Positions 38,165 through 48,588 are shown, counted from the first letter of the stretch. The stretch: DNA of 64,000 nucleotides from Clostridiales bacterium (GCA_017617935.1 JAFZVF010000059.1:3486-67485), one strand, 5' to 3'. The notes: generated from the letters alone by a model not told the origin. Numbers and translations: made by a program.

Positions 38165-39244
38165 TTATTGCTGGTAAACCTTTCGATAGCAAGTGCTGTG
38201 ACCCTTTGCCGAGTCAACGTATATGTCTATCCAGTTACCTTTAAATCTTCCTGTATCTTCGACTTTGTAAAGGCCGTCGCCGCCTAACGGGTCGTTCTCG
38301 ATGTAGACCCATGAGTTCTTGGGGAAGACGGACCAGTCTGCAGCGCAGGTGCGGCCCTGCTTGCACTTCGTTCCGGTAGCGGTAGTGGTGCTGTAGAACG
38401 TGCTTCCGTCCTTTCTCTTATAGAGGACAGGACCGTAGAAGGTGATCTTGCACTTTACGCCGTTGACCTTAGTGACGGTCGTCTTCTTTGTGGTTGTCGT
38501 AGTCTTTTTGGCCGTGGGCTTTGTCGTAGCCTTCGAGGGCTTCGGGGTCGCCGTCGGCTTGGGAGTTGAAAGCGTCGTCAGCGACTGCTTCACGTAGTTG
38601 CCGTCGGAAGTCTTGTACCAGCCGTTGGAAGTCTTAGCGATGACGTTTATCGCCTGCCACATCGTGACTTTCCTGACTACCTTGTAGCTCGTGCCGGGGC
38701 CCGTTCTGATGTTGACCGTCGTCCTTGCGTAAACGGTCTTCTTGAAAGCGGTTTCGGTAGGCTTTGCGGCAGTCTGGGCGGGCTTTTTCGTAGCTTTGGT
38801 GGTTTCGGTCGGTTCAGCCGTCGTTTCAGGCGTCGTGTCTTCCGTTTCAGAGGACTCCATCGTCTCGGTAGGATCTTCCTCGGTTTCGGTCGTGGCCTCT
38901 GAAGTTTCCGGCGCAGTGGTCTCTTCAGGCTCCGTGGTGGTCTGCTCGTTCGAATCCATCTTCTGGGCAGCCTTTGTGTCTGAAGTTACGGGAGTCTTGA
39001 TTCCGTTGTTCTCACGGTCGGGTGCGTACTCGTCGGGAATCTCGTAGTAGTCGATGACGTCATCGGGATCGACCCTTAACGCCTGGACGTCCGCGAAGTT
39101 GAGCAGGGCATCTACCGCGATCGCGGAAACGCAGCACAAACCCATGACTACGACAACGCTGATCGCGGTCATGACTTTCTGCTTGGTCAGGCGGTAAGCC
39201 GTCTTGATGCCGAGTATCTTCAAATTTTCCTCCCTTTTCCGCAT
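38165..39244 (-). CDS. membrane-anchored SH3b + 3D-domain cell wall protein
   Basis: N-terminal TM, T/E-rich linker, VNIRTGPGTSY (SH3b), AADWSVFP...EDTG...IDIY (3D domain). Confidence 0.82.
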   Translation of the reverse strand: MRKREENLKILGIKTAYRLTKQKVMTAISVVVVMGLCCVSAIAVDALLNFADVQALRVDPDDVIDYYEIPDEYAPDRENNGIKTPVTSDTKAAQKMDSNEQTTTEPEETTAPETSEATTETEEDPTETMESSETEDTTPETTAEPTETTKATKKPAQTAAKPTETAFKKTVYARTTVNIRTGPGTSYKVVRKVTMWQAINVIAKTSNGWYKTSDGNYVKQSLTTLSTPKPTATPKPSKATTKPTAKKTTTTTKKTTVTKVNGVKCKITFYGPVLYKRKDGSTFYSTTTATGTKCKQGRTCAADWSVFPKNSWVYIENDPLGGDGLYKVEDTGRFKGNWIDIYVDSAKGHSTCYRKVYQQ

Positions 39245-39543
39245 GGGATTTCATGCGGGTTTAAAAAAGCATATTACCAACATTATTATATCACAACCTT
39301 TATTTGTTGCATTTTTGAGGTTTTTTCAAACAGAAATGCAAGAAAATCAGGCGTTTGCGGATGCGCATCTCCGATTTTGCCGTAGTTTTCGGCTTGTTTT
39401 GAGCCTGTCAATAACGCAAAATCGATTTTTAGTAAAGGTTTTCCGCAATTTTGTCAAAGGATTGTCACATCGTTGCAAGGTATGACACATTGGGAGTCGC
39501 TATAATCTAATCACATTGGCAGGGAGGAGGAACGGTTCGGGAC

Positions 39544-39708
39544 ATGTCGCTTGGCAGGATCAGACAACCGTCGCGCAAGGCGGAATACGGCACGACGGAA
39601 CATGACGTCGAGAAGCGCAGGGCACGCATTTACATCATTTGCGCCCTCATTCTGATAGTCTGCGGCGTCCTTGACGTTCTCTTCATCGTAGGCATTTTGG
39701 GACTTTGA
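39544..39708 (+). CDS. small single-TM protein, 54 aa (not in the ORF track)
   Basis: MSLGRIRQPSRKAEYGTTEHDVEKRRARIYIICALILIVCGVLDVLFIVGILGL*; TATAAT at 39501, GGAGGAGG upstream, terminator downstream. Confidence 0.65.
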   Translation: MSLGRIRQPSRKAEYGTTEHDVEKRRARIYIICALILIVCGVLDVLFIVGILGL

Positions 39709-39734
39709 ACTTTTCAAGCTGTGACGCTTTAGTT

Positions 39735-39764
39735 GGCGGGGGTTTCGGCCCTCGCCTTCTTTTT
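39735..39764 (+). terminator. terminator after the small membrane protein
   Basis: GGCGGGGGT-TTCG-GCCCTCGCC followed by TTCTTTTT. Confidence 0.8.
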
Positions 39765-39782
39765 GTTTCGTTGTGGAAATTT

Positions 39783-39908
39783 CATTCTCTGAATCGTTCC
39801 AACTTTTGCTTCAAAGATGGAGCGAAAGATGGAATGACTGCACTTTTTGCCCCTTATTCTATGTTTTGTTCTAACTTTTCGGCAGAAGATGGAAGGAAAG
39901 ATGGAATG
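39783..39908. repeat. 72-bp-period palindromic repeat array, 2 units (39783-39836, 39855-39908)
   Basis: CATTC...AAAGATGGAGCGAAAGATGGAATG, 54-bp units, 18-bp spacer. Confidence 0.85.
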
Positions 39909-39921
39909 AAAGCGTTTCAAA

Positions 39922-39950
39922 TTGCAAAAAAGGCCTTGCTCGTATATACT
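39922..39950 (+). promoter_or_regulatory. sigma-A-like promoter of proS
   Basis: TTGCAA-N17-TATACT. Confidence 0.7.
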
Positions 39951-39985
39951 TATGCCCGAATATTTATTATTTAGGAGTTTTCCAA

Positions 39986-41680
39986 ATGAAAGTTTCAGAA
40001 TTGTTCATGGCAACCCAGCGTGAGATCCCGGCAGATGCCGAGATACCTTCGCATCAGCTGATGCTCAGAGCGGGCCTTATCCGCAAGGCCGCTTCGGGAA
40101 TCTATTCATTCATGCCCCTCGGATACCGCGCCTACAGGAAGGTTGAGGCCGTCATCCGCGAGGAGATGGACAGGGCGGGCGCACAGGAGCTCATAATGCC
40201 TGCGCTTTTGCCGGCTGAGGCTTATCAGGGCTCCGGAAGATGGGAAAAGTTCGGTCCCGAGATGTTCAGGCTTACGGACAGGGGCGGAAGGTCATTCTGC
40301 CTTGGCCCTACGCACGAGGAGCCTTTCACTGAGGCAGTAAGGGACACCATCAGGTCTTACAAGCAGCTGCCTGTAACCCTTTATCAGATCCAGCACAAGT
40401 ACAGGGATGAGAAGCGCCCGAGATTCGGCGTCATCAGGGCAAGGGAGTTCGTCATGAAGGACGCATATTCCTTTGACGTTGACGAGGCAGGCCTCGACGT
40501 CTCCTACCAGAAGATGTATGTCGCATACAGAAGGATCTTCGACAGGTTCGGCCTTGATTACACTATCGTTGACGCTGATTCAGGCGCAATGGGCGGTTCA
40601 GGCTCACAGGAGTTCATGGTAAAGAGCGAAGTCGGCGAAGACGCCATCTGCTTCTGCGACGAGTGCGGATATGCCGCAAACGAGGAGAAGGCAGGCTGGA
40701 CGAGGGGAGAGCCCGAGACGGCTGAGATGCTCGAAGTCGAAAAGATCCACACGCCTGACGTTAAGACCATCGAAGAGCTCTGCGGTTACCTTAACTGCGG
40801 ACCTGACGCTTTCGTCAAGACGATCCTTTACAACATTGACGGCAAGTTCGTTGCCGCCATGTGCAGGGGAGACAGGGACATAAACGAGACAAAGCTCGGA
40901 AACCTTTACGATGCAACGGAGATGGAGCTCGCGGCATTTGCCGACGTTGAAGCCATCACGGGCGCAAAGGTCGGATTCGCAGGCCCTGTAGGCCTCAAGC
41001 AGAAGATCGACGTAGTCGTCGATCCCGAAGTTGCAGGCATGAAGAACTTCGTCGTAGGCGCATGCGAGACTGATTACCACTTCAAGAACGTCAACATTGG
41101 AAGGGATTTCGAGGCTGACCAGATAGCTGACATCACCAACGCAAGAGAGGGCGACGTCTGCCCGAAGTGCGGCAAGGGCAAGCTCGGCATGGCAAGAGGC
41201 GTTGAGGTAGGACACATCTTCAAGCTTGGCACCAAGTATTCCAAGGCTTTGAACTGCATTTACCTCGACAAGGACGGCAAGGAGCATTTCATGGTAATGG
41301 GATGCTACGGAATCGGCGTTTCCAGAGTGCTTGCGGCCATCATCGAGCAGTCACACGATGACGACGGAATCATCTGGCCTTCGATCGTTGCGCCTTACAA
41401 GGTCATGGTCATCCCCACAAAGACAAATGATGAGGCCATCATGGGCCTTGCCGAAAAGATATACGAAGACCTCCAGAACAAGGGCGTTGACGTCCTTATC
41501 GACGATAGGAACGAAAGACCCGGCGTCAAGTTCAAGGACTGCGACCTTATCGGTATCCCGCTCCGCATCACCGTCGGCAGAAGGGCAGCCGAGGGCATCG
41601 TTGAGATCAAGGCGAGGTCCGGAGCTGACGCGGTCGAGATGACTGCCGAAGAGGCTGTTTCCGAAGCACTCAAGATCTGA
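39986..41680 (+). CDS. proS: proline--tRNA ligase (bacterial type with insertion editing domain)
   Basis: [45 protein letters not shown]. Confidence 0.97.
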   Translation: MKVSELFMATQREIPADAEIPSHQLMLRAGLIRKAASGIYSFMPLGYRAYRKVEAVIREEMDRAGAQELIMPALLPAEAYQGSGRWEKFGPEMFRLTDRGGRSFCLGPTHEEPFTEAVRDTIRSYKQLPVTLYQIQHKYRDEKRPRFGVIRAREFVMKDAYSFDVDEAGLDVSYQKMYVAYRRIFDRFGLDYTIVDADSGAMGGSGSQEFMVKSEVGEDAICFCDECGYAANEEKAGWTRGEPETAEMLEVEKIHTPDVKTIEELCGYLNCGPDAFVKTILYNIDGKFVAAMCRGDRDINETKLGNLYDATEMELAAFADVEAITGAKVGFAGPVGLKQKIDVVVDPEVAGMKNFVVGACETDYHFKNVNIGRDFEADQIADITNAREGDVCPKCGKGKLGMARGVEVGHIFKLGTKYSKALNCIYLDKDGKEHFMVMGCYGIGVSRVLAAIIEQSHDDDGIIWPSIVAPYKVMVIPTKTNDEAIMGLAEKIYEDLQNKGVDVLIDDRNERPGVKFKDCDLIGIPLRITVGRRAAEGIVEIKARSGADAVEMTAEEAVSEALKI

Positions 41681-43203
41681 TGAAAGCACCTGCCCTGCGT
41701 GTATTTGCGGCGATTATGACCGCAGTTATGGCTATGGGCTTGGCGCCCTGCCCGCAGGTCTTTGCCGACAAGAAAAAACAGCCCGCCATCGAAAAGGCGA
41801 GCTTCACTTCGTATGAGCTCGTCACCTTCGAGGGCGGCATAATAAAGATCGGCGTTGAGGGGAAGAGCTTTACCGTCAGTACCGATGCCGCGAACATTTT
41901 CGAGATAACGCTTTACAAGGCTGACAACAGCAGCATCGTAAGGCGTTTCAAGAAGCAGAGCGGCGAATTTTCCATCGATCTTGACGGCTACATGGACAAG
42001 GGCAAGCTCTATTTCGTCGCGGTCAGCTATCAGCTTGGTTCAAAGGTCATTACGCAGGATGACAATTACATTTTCCTGGGAGACGACGATCAGATCCATT
42101 TCTACAAGTCGCCGACTTACGCTTTCAACGTCGAGCGCTGCACGGAACTTAGGGATGACGAGGTCTCGCTCAAGGAGTGCCTGCAGCCGCAGAACGACAT
42201 CGAATGCGACGACCCGGTGATAATCGAGTATTCAAAGCAGATCTGCGAAGGTGCGGAAACCGATTGGGACAAGGTGTACCACATCTACACTTATCTGATC
42301 GGCGCGATGGCTTACGACAACACCCAGACCGACAAGAGCAACAAGATGGTCTATCAGGACGGCTCGATCTGCCTGTTGAGGCGCGGAATGGCCGTCTGCG
42401 AGGGCTTTGGAAACGTTTTCACGGCGCTTTGCAGGGCGCAGGGGATACCCGCGACAGTTGAGTTCGGCGTGGGCCTTGCAAGCTTTGACGAGATGATGGC
42501 GGACAACCTCCCTGAGGATGAAACTCCGGACCACGCATGGGCCGCAGTTTATGTTGGCGGGAAATGGCGCTTCGTCGATCCGACTTACGATTCCGGCAAG
42601 ACGTATGAAGGCAAGTCCTGGGACAACGGCAAGATCGTTGAGGGCGTTCCCACCTACAACTACTATCTGCTGCCTTTGGAGGCTTTCTCATACGCTCACA
42701 AGATCTGTGACGCGGACACGGTCCACGGATACGAGAGATCGGGTTCGTGCGGCAAGGACGCGACGTTTACGATCTCGCGCGACGGAACGCTCACGATATC
42801 GGGCAGCGGCACGATTCAAATGCCTTACGGCGTTAACGGCTTTTCCAAGATCGTTTTCGCGCCCGGTTCAAAGATCACCTGCATTGGAAAGAAGTGCTTC
42901 TTTGACTGCGACCTCATCACGCAGGTCATCCTGCCTGACACCGTTACCGAGATTGGACAGGAGGCCTTCAACAGCTGCGAGGACCTTGAATACGTTTATC
43001 TTCCCGAAGGCTTGGAGCGGATCGGGCAGGAAGCCTTTGACGGCTGTGACGAGCTGGCGTTCATAAGGGTTCCGAAATCAGTCAAGCGAATGGGAAGCTG
43101 GGCTTTTGACGACTGCCCGAGGCTTTACATCGTCCTTCCGTCAAAGTGGAAGGGCTACGACGCGAAATTCGACTGCAAGCCGATGCACACGGAATTCGTT
43201 TGA
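41680..43203 (+). CDS. secreted transglutaminase-like protein with BspA-type leucine-rich repeats
   Basis: Signal peptide; VCEG, HAW and VDPT triad; LPDTVTEIGQEAF repeats. Confidence 0.85.
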   Translation: MKAPALRVFAAIMTAVMAMGLAPCPQVFADKKKQPAIEKASFTSYELVTFEGGIIKIGVEGKSFTVSTDAANIFEITLYKADNSSIVRRFKKQSGEFSIDLDGYMDKGKLYFVAVSYQLGSKVITQDDNYIFLGDDDQIHFYKSPTYAFNVERCTELRDDEVSLKECLQPQNDIECDDPVIIEYSKQICEGAETDWDKVYHIYTYLIGAMAYDNTQTDKSNKMVYQDGSICLLRRGMAVCEGFGNVFTALCRAQGIPATVEFGVGLASFDEMMADNLPEDETPDHAWAAVYVGGKWRFVDPTYDSGKTYEGKSWDNGKIVEGVPTYNYYLLPLEAFSYAHKICDADTVHGYERSGSCGKDATFTISRDGTLTISGSGTIQMPYGVNGFSKIVFAPGSKITCIGKKCFFDCDLITQVILPDTVTEIGQEAFNSCEDLEYVYLPEGLERIGQEAFDGCDELAFIRVPKSVKRMGSWAFDDCPRLYIVLPSKWKGYDAKFDCKPMHTEFV

Positions 43204-43237
43204 TCCGCGTGTTTTAGGCTTTTTAACTTGCTTTGGA

Positions 43238-44005
43238 TTACTTTTCCCCTTTGTCGGAATCGCCGTTCATCCAGCTCTGGTGATAGTTCTTGCGTCTGTA
43301 TTCTTCAGGCGTCATGCCAGTGGTCTTCTTGAAGACCTGGATGAAATGGGACTGTGAAGAGAATCCGAGGTAATTTGCGACCGTCAGGGAGGACTCGTCC
43401 AAATGGCGGAGCATGTTGCACGCGACGGTGATCTTCTGATCCCTGATGTATCGGCTGAGAGTGATGCCCATTTCCTGCTTGAAGAGCTTGGAAAGATAGC
43501 TCGAGTTGAGCGAAAGCGAATCCGCGATGGATTCAACCGTCAGGTTGTCCTGAATGTGCGAGCGGATGTAGTCGATCGCGACGACGATGTGGCGTGAGAC
43601 GACCTTGCTCTTGGTAAGTTCGTTCATCTTGCGGCAGTAATGACGGAGAAGGTCCATCTGAAGCTGCCTGACTTCCTCGCCGGAGCTTGCATTGTCGATG
43701 AGTTCGATGTAGATGTCGCTCAAAGTGTAGGCGACTGAGATCTCCATGCCCTGCTCGATGCAGAAGCGGCTGACCAGCGCGGCCAGTATGACGGCGTGGT
43801 ATTTGCGGTTCTGGAGGGCGTTGCTGCTGAGTTTGCCCAAGACCTGGTTTGCGCCGAATGACTTCAATCGTTCTTCGAGCGCTCTCGAGTTTCCGCTCGC
43901 GACAGTCTCGTAAAAGTTGATCTCGCGGTTGTAGCCTTCGAGACGCCCTTCCGCGTTGCCTTCGTCCATCAGTCTTCTGGCAAGTTCCTTCTCTATGTTC
44001 ATCAT
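43238..44005 (-). CDS. AraC family transcriptional regulator
   Basis: C-terminal SYLSKLFKQEMG...LGFSSQSHFIQVFKKTTGMTP. Confidence 0.92.
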   Translation of the reverse strand: MMNIEKELARRLMDEGNAEGRLEGYNREINFYETVASGNSRALEERLKSFGANQVLGKLSSNALQNRKYHAVILAALVSRFCIEQGMEISVAYTLSDIYIELIDNASSGEEVRQLQMDLLRHYCRKMNELTKSKVVSRHIVVAIDYIRSHIQDNLTVESIADSLSLNSSYLSKLFKQEMGITLSRYIRDQKITVACNMLRHLDESSLTVANYLGFSSQSHFIQVFKKTTGMTPEEYRRKNYHQSWMNGDSDKGEK

Positions 44006-44197
44006 GAAAAACCTTCTTTTGCCGCAGATCAGCGGGCTTATCACTTATTTTTGACTATCCAATTAAAATATTATAATTTTTGGCGAAACATGTAAAGATA
44101 ACCCCCATATTACGTAAAAATCGGATACTCCGCTTATTGAGTTATTCCCCGAAAAGATATAAAATTTTTTCGTAAGCTTAGAGGGGATTTTTACTGA

Positions 44198-44854
44198 ATG
44201 ACTGACGAACTTAAGGACATCATATATTCAGATTTGTTCAGGTATACCGGCAATGCCAGGCGTTATAAGAACATCTACGCCTGTTATCTGCAGGAGAGAA
44301 GGTCATCCCCCGAGTTTTCCTACATCAGCGTAATGCGCCGTACGCGCTACTATTACGATCAGATCCAGAAATACGACGGTTTCAGAAGAAAGCTCGCCGA
44401 GATCAAGTTCCACGTAAACAACTGGAGACTCGACAGACTGAGCCGAAAGTACCATTTCCAGATCCCTTATGACACGAACATCGGCAAGGGCTTTTATCTT
44501 GCGCATTTCGGCCGCGTCATCATCCATCCGAAGAGCGTCATCGGCCACAACGTCAACGTTTCGACGGGCGTCGTCATCGGAACGCAGTTCAGAGGCAAGA
44601 GGAAGGGTTCTCCGCACATCGGCAATTACGTCTGGATCGGCGCAAACGCAGTCATAGTCGGCAATATCAATATAGGCAACAACGTCCTCATAGCGCCCGG
44701 CGCATACGTCAACTTCGACGTACCTGACGGTTCGATCGTAATCGGCAATCCGGGTCTCATCAGACGTTCGCCCGGTGCAACGCTCAATTACATCAACAAC
44801 ACGATACTGTTCGACGAGTATAACGTCCGTTCGGATGGCGTCAAGCAATGGTAA
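44198..44854 (+). CDS. serine-acetyltransferase-like hexapeptide-repeat acetyltransferase
   Basis: IGKGFYLAHFG, PHIGNYVWIGANAVIVG, VIGNPG. Confidence 0.85.
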   Translation: MTDELKDIIYSDLFRYTGNARRYKNIYACYLQERRSSPEFSYISVMRRTRYYYDQIQKYDGFRRKLAEIKFHVNNWRLDRLSRKYHFQIPYDTNIGKGFYLAHFGRVIIHPKSVIGHNVNVSTGVVIGTQFRGKRKGSPHIGNYVWIGANAVIVGNINIGNNVLIAPGAYVNFDVPDGSIVIGNPGLIRRSPGATLNYINNTILFDEYNVRSDGVKQW

Positions 44855-46092
44855 TCGGTCCGGAATTCTTTCAGAACAACAGAAAAGCATTCGCGGAAAA
44901 GCTGCCAGACAACACGGCGGCTTTCCTTTTTTCGGGCGAAGAGAAGAAGATGTGCGCGGACACCGAATACAGATTCCTGCCTGACCGCAATTTCTTTTAT
45001 CTGACGGGCCTTGAAAAGCCTGATCTCATGCTTATCGTCCGCAAGCAGGACGGCGTCGTGACCGAGAGGCTTTTTGCGCCCGAACATGACAGCCTCAAGG
45101 AACGCTGGACGGGCAAGCGCATGGATTTCTCCGAGATAGCCCGCGTGTCAGGCGTTTCTGAGGACAACATCCGCGACAGGGATGATTTTGCGGACAATGC
45201 GTTTAACCTCGCATCCGAAAACAAGGTGCGCTTCGCGTACGACGGAAGCTCCGTAATGAATGCGGCGAAGGACTTCGCGGACAGGGACCGCAAGCAGGGA
45301 AGAGAGCCGCTGGACGTTTCCTATATCTTTATTGAATTGAGGCTTGTTAAGAGCGAAGCCGAGATCGCTTCGATCGAAGAGGCTGCGCGCATAACGGAAG
45401 AAGCGCTCGCAGAGATGAAAAAGCTCATCCGCCCCGGAGTCACCGAGTATGAACTCTATGCAAAGCTCGAGTATGAGATGGCGAGAAGAAGCAGCCTGCT
45501 CTTTGCCTTCCAGACGATAGTTTCCTGCGGGAAGAATGCTTTTTACCTGCATCACGGCGATCCCGAAAGGGACGGCGACGGCGTTGCAAAGGAAGGCTCG
45601 ATCGTTCAGGTCGACGTCGGCGCAAGGGTAAACGGCTACTGCGCGGACGTTTCGAGAGTTTACTTCGTGGGACGCCCTGAATCTGACGACGACAGGCGGG
45701 TTAAGCTCCTTGGCCTCATTAGGGATCTTCGCAAGGCCGCCTTCGGTTTCATCGCTCCCGGTAAGACGTTTGCGGAACTTAATTCACAAATGTATGACAT
45801 CGCAGGCAAATGGCTTGCGGAGCAGGGTTTAATCAATGATAATTTCAGCAAGGACGACGTTCTTGCCTATTATTGGCACAACACATCGCATTTCTTAGGG
45901 CTCGACGTTCATGACGTCGGCGGTCGCGACCGCGCTTTTGCCTGCGGAAACTGCCTTGCCGTTGAGCCCGGAGTTTACATTCCCGAATGGGGTGTCGGTT
46001 TCAGGATAGAGGACGACGTCGTTCTGACTACGGACGGCTGCCGGCTTTTGAGTTCCGGAGCTGACGACCTGGAGGGAATTGTTGCAGATTGA
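44848..46092 (+). CDS. Xaa-Pro aminopeptidase (M24B)
   Basis: N-terminal AMP_N-like FFYLTG; DVGA...ADVSR, HFLGLDVHD, VEPGVY, RIEDD. Confidence 0.92.
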   Translation: MVIGPEFFQNNRKAFAEKLPDNTAAFLFSGEEKKMCADTEYRFLPDRNFFYLTGLEKPDLMLIVRKQDGVVTERLFAPEHDSLKERWTGKRMDFSEIARVSGVSEDNIRDRDDFADNAFNLASENKVRFAYDGSSVMNAAKDFADRDRKQGREPLDVSYIFIELRLVKSEAEIASIEEAARITEEALAEMKKLIRPGVTEYELYAKLEYEMARRSSLLFAFQTIVSCGKNAFYLHHGDPERDGDGVAKEGSIVQVDVGARVNGYCADVSRVYFVGRPESDDDRRVKLLGLIRDLRKAAFGFIAPGKTFAELNSQMYDIAGKWLAEQGLINDNFSKDDVLAYYWHNTSHFLGLDVHDVGGRDRAFACGNCLAVEPGVYIPEWGVGFRIEDDVVLTTDGCRLLSSGADDLEGIVAD

Positions 46093-47110
46093 AGCTGCTC
46101 TCGTAAAACTTGAGATGAATTCCGGCGCACTTGTCGTCGTTCTTGCCGTGTTGGTATTGCTCCTCGCGGCTCTATGCGCATTCGGTTTTTTCCTCTGGTA
46201 TTGCGAACGGCTTTTCAAGCGCATCTATTCGCGTCCAAAGCCCCTTCCGCAGGTCGACAGGGCACCCACCGAGATCGACAGGACAACGATTACGGGCAGA
46301 GGCAGAAACTGGTTCTATTCTTATAGAAACGAATGGATCAACGTAAGGACCGGTTCTTTCGACGGAACAAGGCTTTCCGCGTATTACAGGCCGTCATCCG
46401 ATCCCGTCTGCCGCAACATGGTCATCTTGCTCCATGCTTACGATGAGGACCCGACCGAGGTTGCCGCATACGCAAAGCTCCTGATGAAAAAGATCTCGTG
46501 CCACGTGCTCATAACGCACATGAGGGCGCACGGAATGAGCGACGGAAAGAGCTTTACCTGGGGCCTTAGGGAGAGCGTCGATCTTGACTGCTGGTTTGAT
46601 TTCGCAAAAAGAAGATTGGGACCTTACTGCAGGATATACGTCTTCGGCCGTGGCGTGGGCGCGACCGCCGCATTGCTCGCAGCGGAGCAAAAGGGCTTTT
46701 GTCCCGAGGTCTGCGGGATAATCGCGGATTCGCCCGTTGACACTTTACCGTCCTATCTCAGGAACTACCTTTCAAGGGACAAGTTCGTCAGCACTGAGGC
46801 CGTCCTTTACAGGCTCAGGATGATGAGCAAGGCGAGATTCGGATTCGACATGAACGTCTGTGACTGCGCGGTGCATTCCGGAAGGATCAGGGTTCCCGTG
46901 CTCATATTCCAGGGCGGTGAGGATGAAGAGACTCTCCCAAGAGGCGCAAGCGACATTTACGACAACTTGAGGTGCAGAAAGCGCATGGTCGTCGTCAACG
47001 ACGCAAGGCATCTCATGTGTTACGAAAACGCCCAGGCGCTTTACGAGAGGGAAGTGCAGAAATTCCTTGAATCCTGCCTTATTAGGCTTGTCAAATTGGG
47101 GCGCTTGTAG
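46079..47110 (+). CDS. membrane-anchored alpha/beta hydrolase-fold protein with non-canonical nucleophile elbow
   Basis: N-terminal TM, SFDGTRL, MRAHGMSDG, GRGVG in place of GxSxG, PVLIFQG..D, His. Confidence 0.8.
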   Translation: MLQIEAALVKLEMNSGALVVVLAVLVLLLAALCAFGFFLWYCERLFKRIYSRPKPLPQVDRAPTEIDRTTITGRGRNWFYSYRNEWINVRTGSFDGTRLSAYYRPSSDPVCRNMVILLHAYDEDPTEVAAYAKLLMKKISCHVLITHMRAHGMSDGKSFTWGLRESVDLDCWFDFAKRRLGPYCRIYVFGRGVGATAALLAAEQKGFCPEVCGIIADSPVDTLPSYLRNYLSRDKFVSTEAVLYRLRMMSKARFGFDMNVCDCAVHSGRIRVPVLIFQGGEDEETLPRGASDIYDNLRCRKRMVVVNDARHLMCYENAQALYEREVQKFLESCLIRLVKLGRL

Positions 47111-47116
47111 TATATT
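47088..47116 (+). promoter_or_regulatory. promoter of the TPP leader / thiT
   Basis: TTGTCA-N17-TATATT just upstream of the aptamer. Confidence 0.65.
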
Positions 47117-47129
47117 GCTTGCGAACAGA

Positions 47130-47230
47130 ATAACGGGGAGCTTGAACCGGGATTTTTCCTTGGTTGACAGGCTGAGAGGGCAGTAATCGCCGACCCGCTG
47201 AACCTGACGGATAATGCCGGCGTAGGGAAC
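47130..47230 (+). ncRNA. TPP riboswitch (THI element)
   Basis: GGGGAGC...GCTGAGA...GACCCG.TGAACCTGA..GGATAATGCC.GCGTAGGGA hallmark motifs; upstream of thiT. Confidence 0.93.
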
Positions 47231-47298
47231 ATATCTATTAGCATGGATTTCCTCCTAAGGAATTTGACGCAGGTCGGTTTCTGACAGGAGGTGTTTTT

Positions 47299-47907
47299 AT
47301 GTCAGCAAAAACTTCAAACAAGGAAAAGATCCTTTCGATCGCTGCAGGCGGCGTCGTGCTCGCTCTTGCATTCGTTCTTTCGAAGATCACCATTTTCGAG
47401 ATGCCCATGGGCGGATCGATCACTCCCGCTTCCACGCTGCCGATCGTAGTTTACGGAATGGCCTTCGGCCCCGTCTGGAGCTTCATCGTCGCGATCGTGT
47501 ACGCAGTGCTTCAGCTCATTGACGGCTTAAGGTGGTTCGTCAGCCCTTTCCAGATGTTCCTTGATTACGGACTCGGTTATGCGGCTCTCGGCATCGTCGG
47601 CTTTGCCGCACAGAAGATCTCTGACCGCATCAAGACTTCCAATCCGCTTCTGCGTTTCCGCAATGCAGGACTCGTCAGGGCGTTTGTCTTTACCGTAATC
47701 GCATACGTCGTCAGATGGCTCGCATCCGTTGCGTCAGGCGTCATCTTTTATTCCGAGTATGCGGCTGACGCGGGATATGACAATGCGCTCGTTTATTCAA
47801 TGGCCTATAACGGAAGCTTCCTCGCTGTTGACCTCGCGATCTGCATTGTCGCGCTCGCAGTACTTTATCTCGTGCTTCCTTCAAAAAAGGCAGATTTGAA
47901 AGATTAA
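47299..47907 (+). CDS. thiT: energy-coupled thiamine transporter S component
   Basis: MPMGGSIT, QMFLDY, SGVIFYSEYA, YSMAYNGS; TPP riboswitch upstream. Confidence 0.9.
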   Translation: MSAKTSNKEKILSIAAGGVVLALAFVLSKITIFEMPMGGSITPASTLPIVVYGMAFGPVWSFIVAIVYAVLQLIDGLRWFVSPFQMFLDYGLGYAALGIVGFAAQKISDRIKTSNPLLRFRNAGLVRAFVFTVIAYVVRWLASVASGVIFYSEYAADAGYDNALVYSMAYNGSFLAVDLAICIVALAVLYLVLPSKKADLKD

Positions 47908-47999
47908 CCGTAATTTAATACTAATCAGACGATTAGTGTTTTATAATGATTAAAAGGTCAAAGCCTTTTGCAATCTTCAAAACGGAAGGGAGTGATTTT

Positions 48000-48542
48000 A
48001 TGAAGATCACAACACAGGGCAACGGAATCAAGATCGGACCCAGGCTCGAGGACAAGATCGCCTCAAAGATGGCAAAGTTCGACAAGTATTTCGGTGACGA
48101 GGGAACCCTTAATGTACGCATCAGACCTGAGGGCGCAAAGATGGTAATCGAGATTACCATGAAGCTCGACGGAAAGATCTACAGAGCCGAGGCACGCGAT
48201 GAAGACATTCTGACTGGCGTCGACAAGACCGTCGACAAGCTCGAATCCCAGATCAGAAGGCAGAAGACGAAGTTCCTTAAGAAGAAGAAGGATTATCCCG
48301 GAATCGTCAACTTCCTTGAGGACGACGGTGGCGCAGACTTCGATTTCGAAGACGAACCCGAGGACAAGATCACGAAGCGCAAGCAGTTCGCTCTTCGCCC
48401 GATGACCACCGAGGACGCCATTCTGCAGCTTGAGATGCTCGGCCACGATTTCTACGTTTATCTCGACAGCGATACCAACTCGGTATGCATCGTATATAAG
48501 AGGAACGACGGCGGATACGGACTTCTCGAGCCGGAGTACTGA
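48000..48542 (+). CDS. hpf: ribosome hibernation promoting factor (long HPF)
   Basis: DKLESQIRRQK, PMTTEDAILQLEMLGHDFYVY, VYKRNDGGYGLLEP. Confidence 0.93.
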   Translation: MKITTQGNGIKIGPRLEDKIASKMAKFDKYFGDEGTLNVRIRPEGAKMVIEITMKLDGKIYRAEARDEDILTGVDKTVDKLESQIRRQKTKFLKKKKDYPGIVNFLEDDGGADFDFEDEPEDKITKRKQFALRPMTTEDAILQLEMLGHDFYVYLDSDTNSVCIVYKRNDGGYGLLEPEY

Positions 48543-48561
48543 TACGACAATTGATTTTGCG

Positions 48562-48588
48562 GGGGCCGCCAAGTGCGGCCCCTTTTTT
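48562..48588 (+). terminator. terminator of hpf
   Basis: GGGGCCGC-CAAGT-GCGGCCCC followed by T6. Confidence 0.85.

Noticed and set aside
39511-39717. 68-aa minus-strand ORF
   Set aside because: The plus-strand 54-aa ORF has the RBS, TM segment and correctly oriented terminator
39909-39985. T-box leader for proS
   Set aside because: The promoter lies about 35 nt from the start; no T-box motif or room for one
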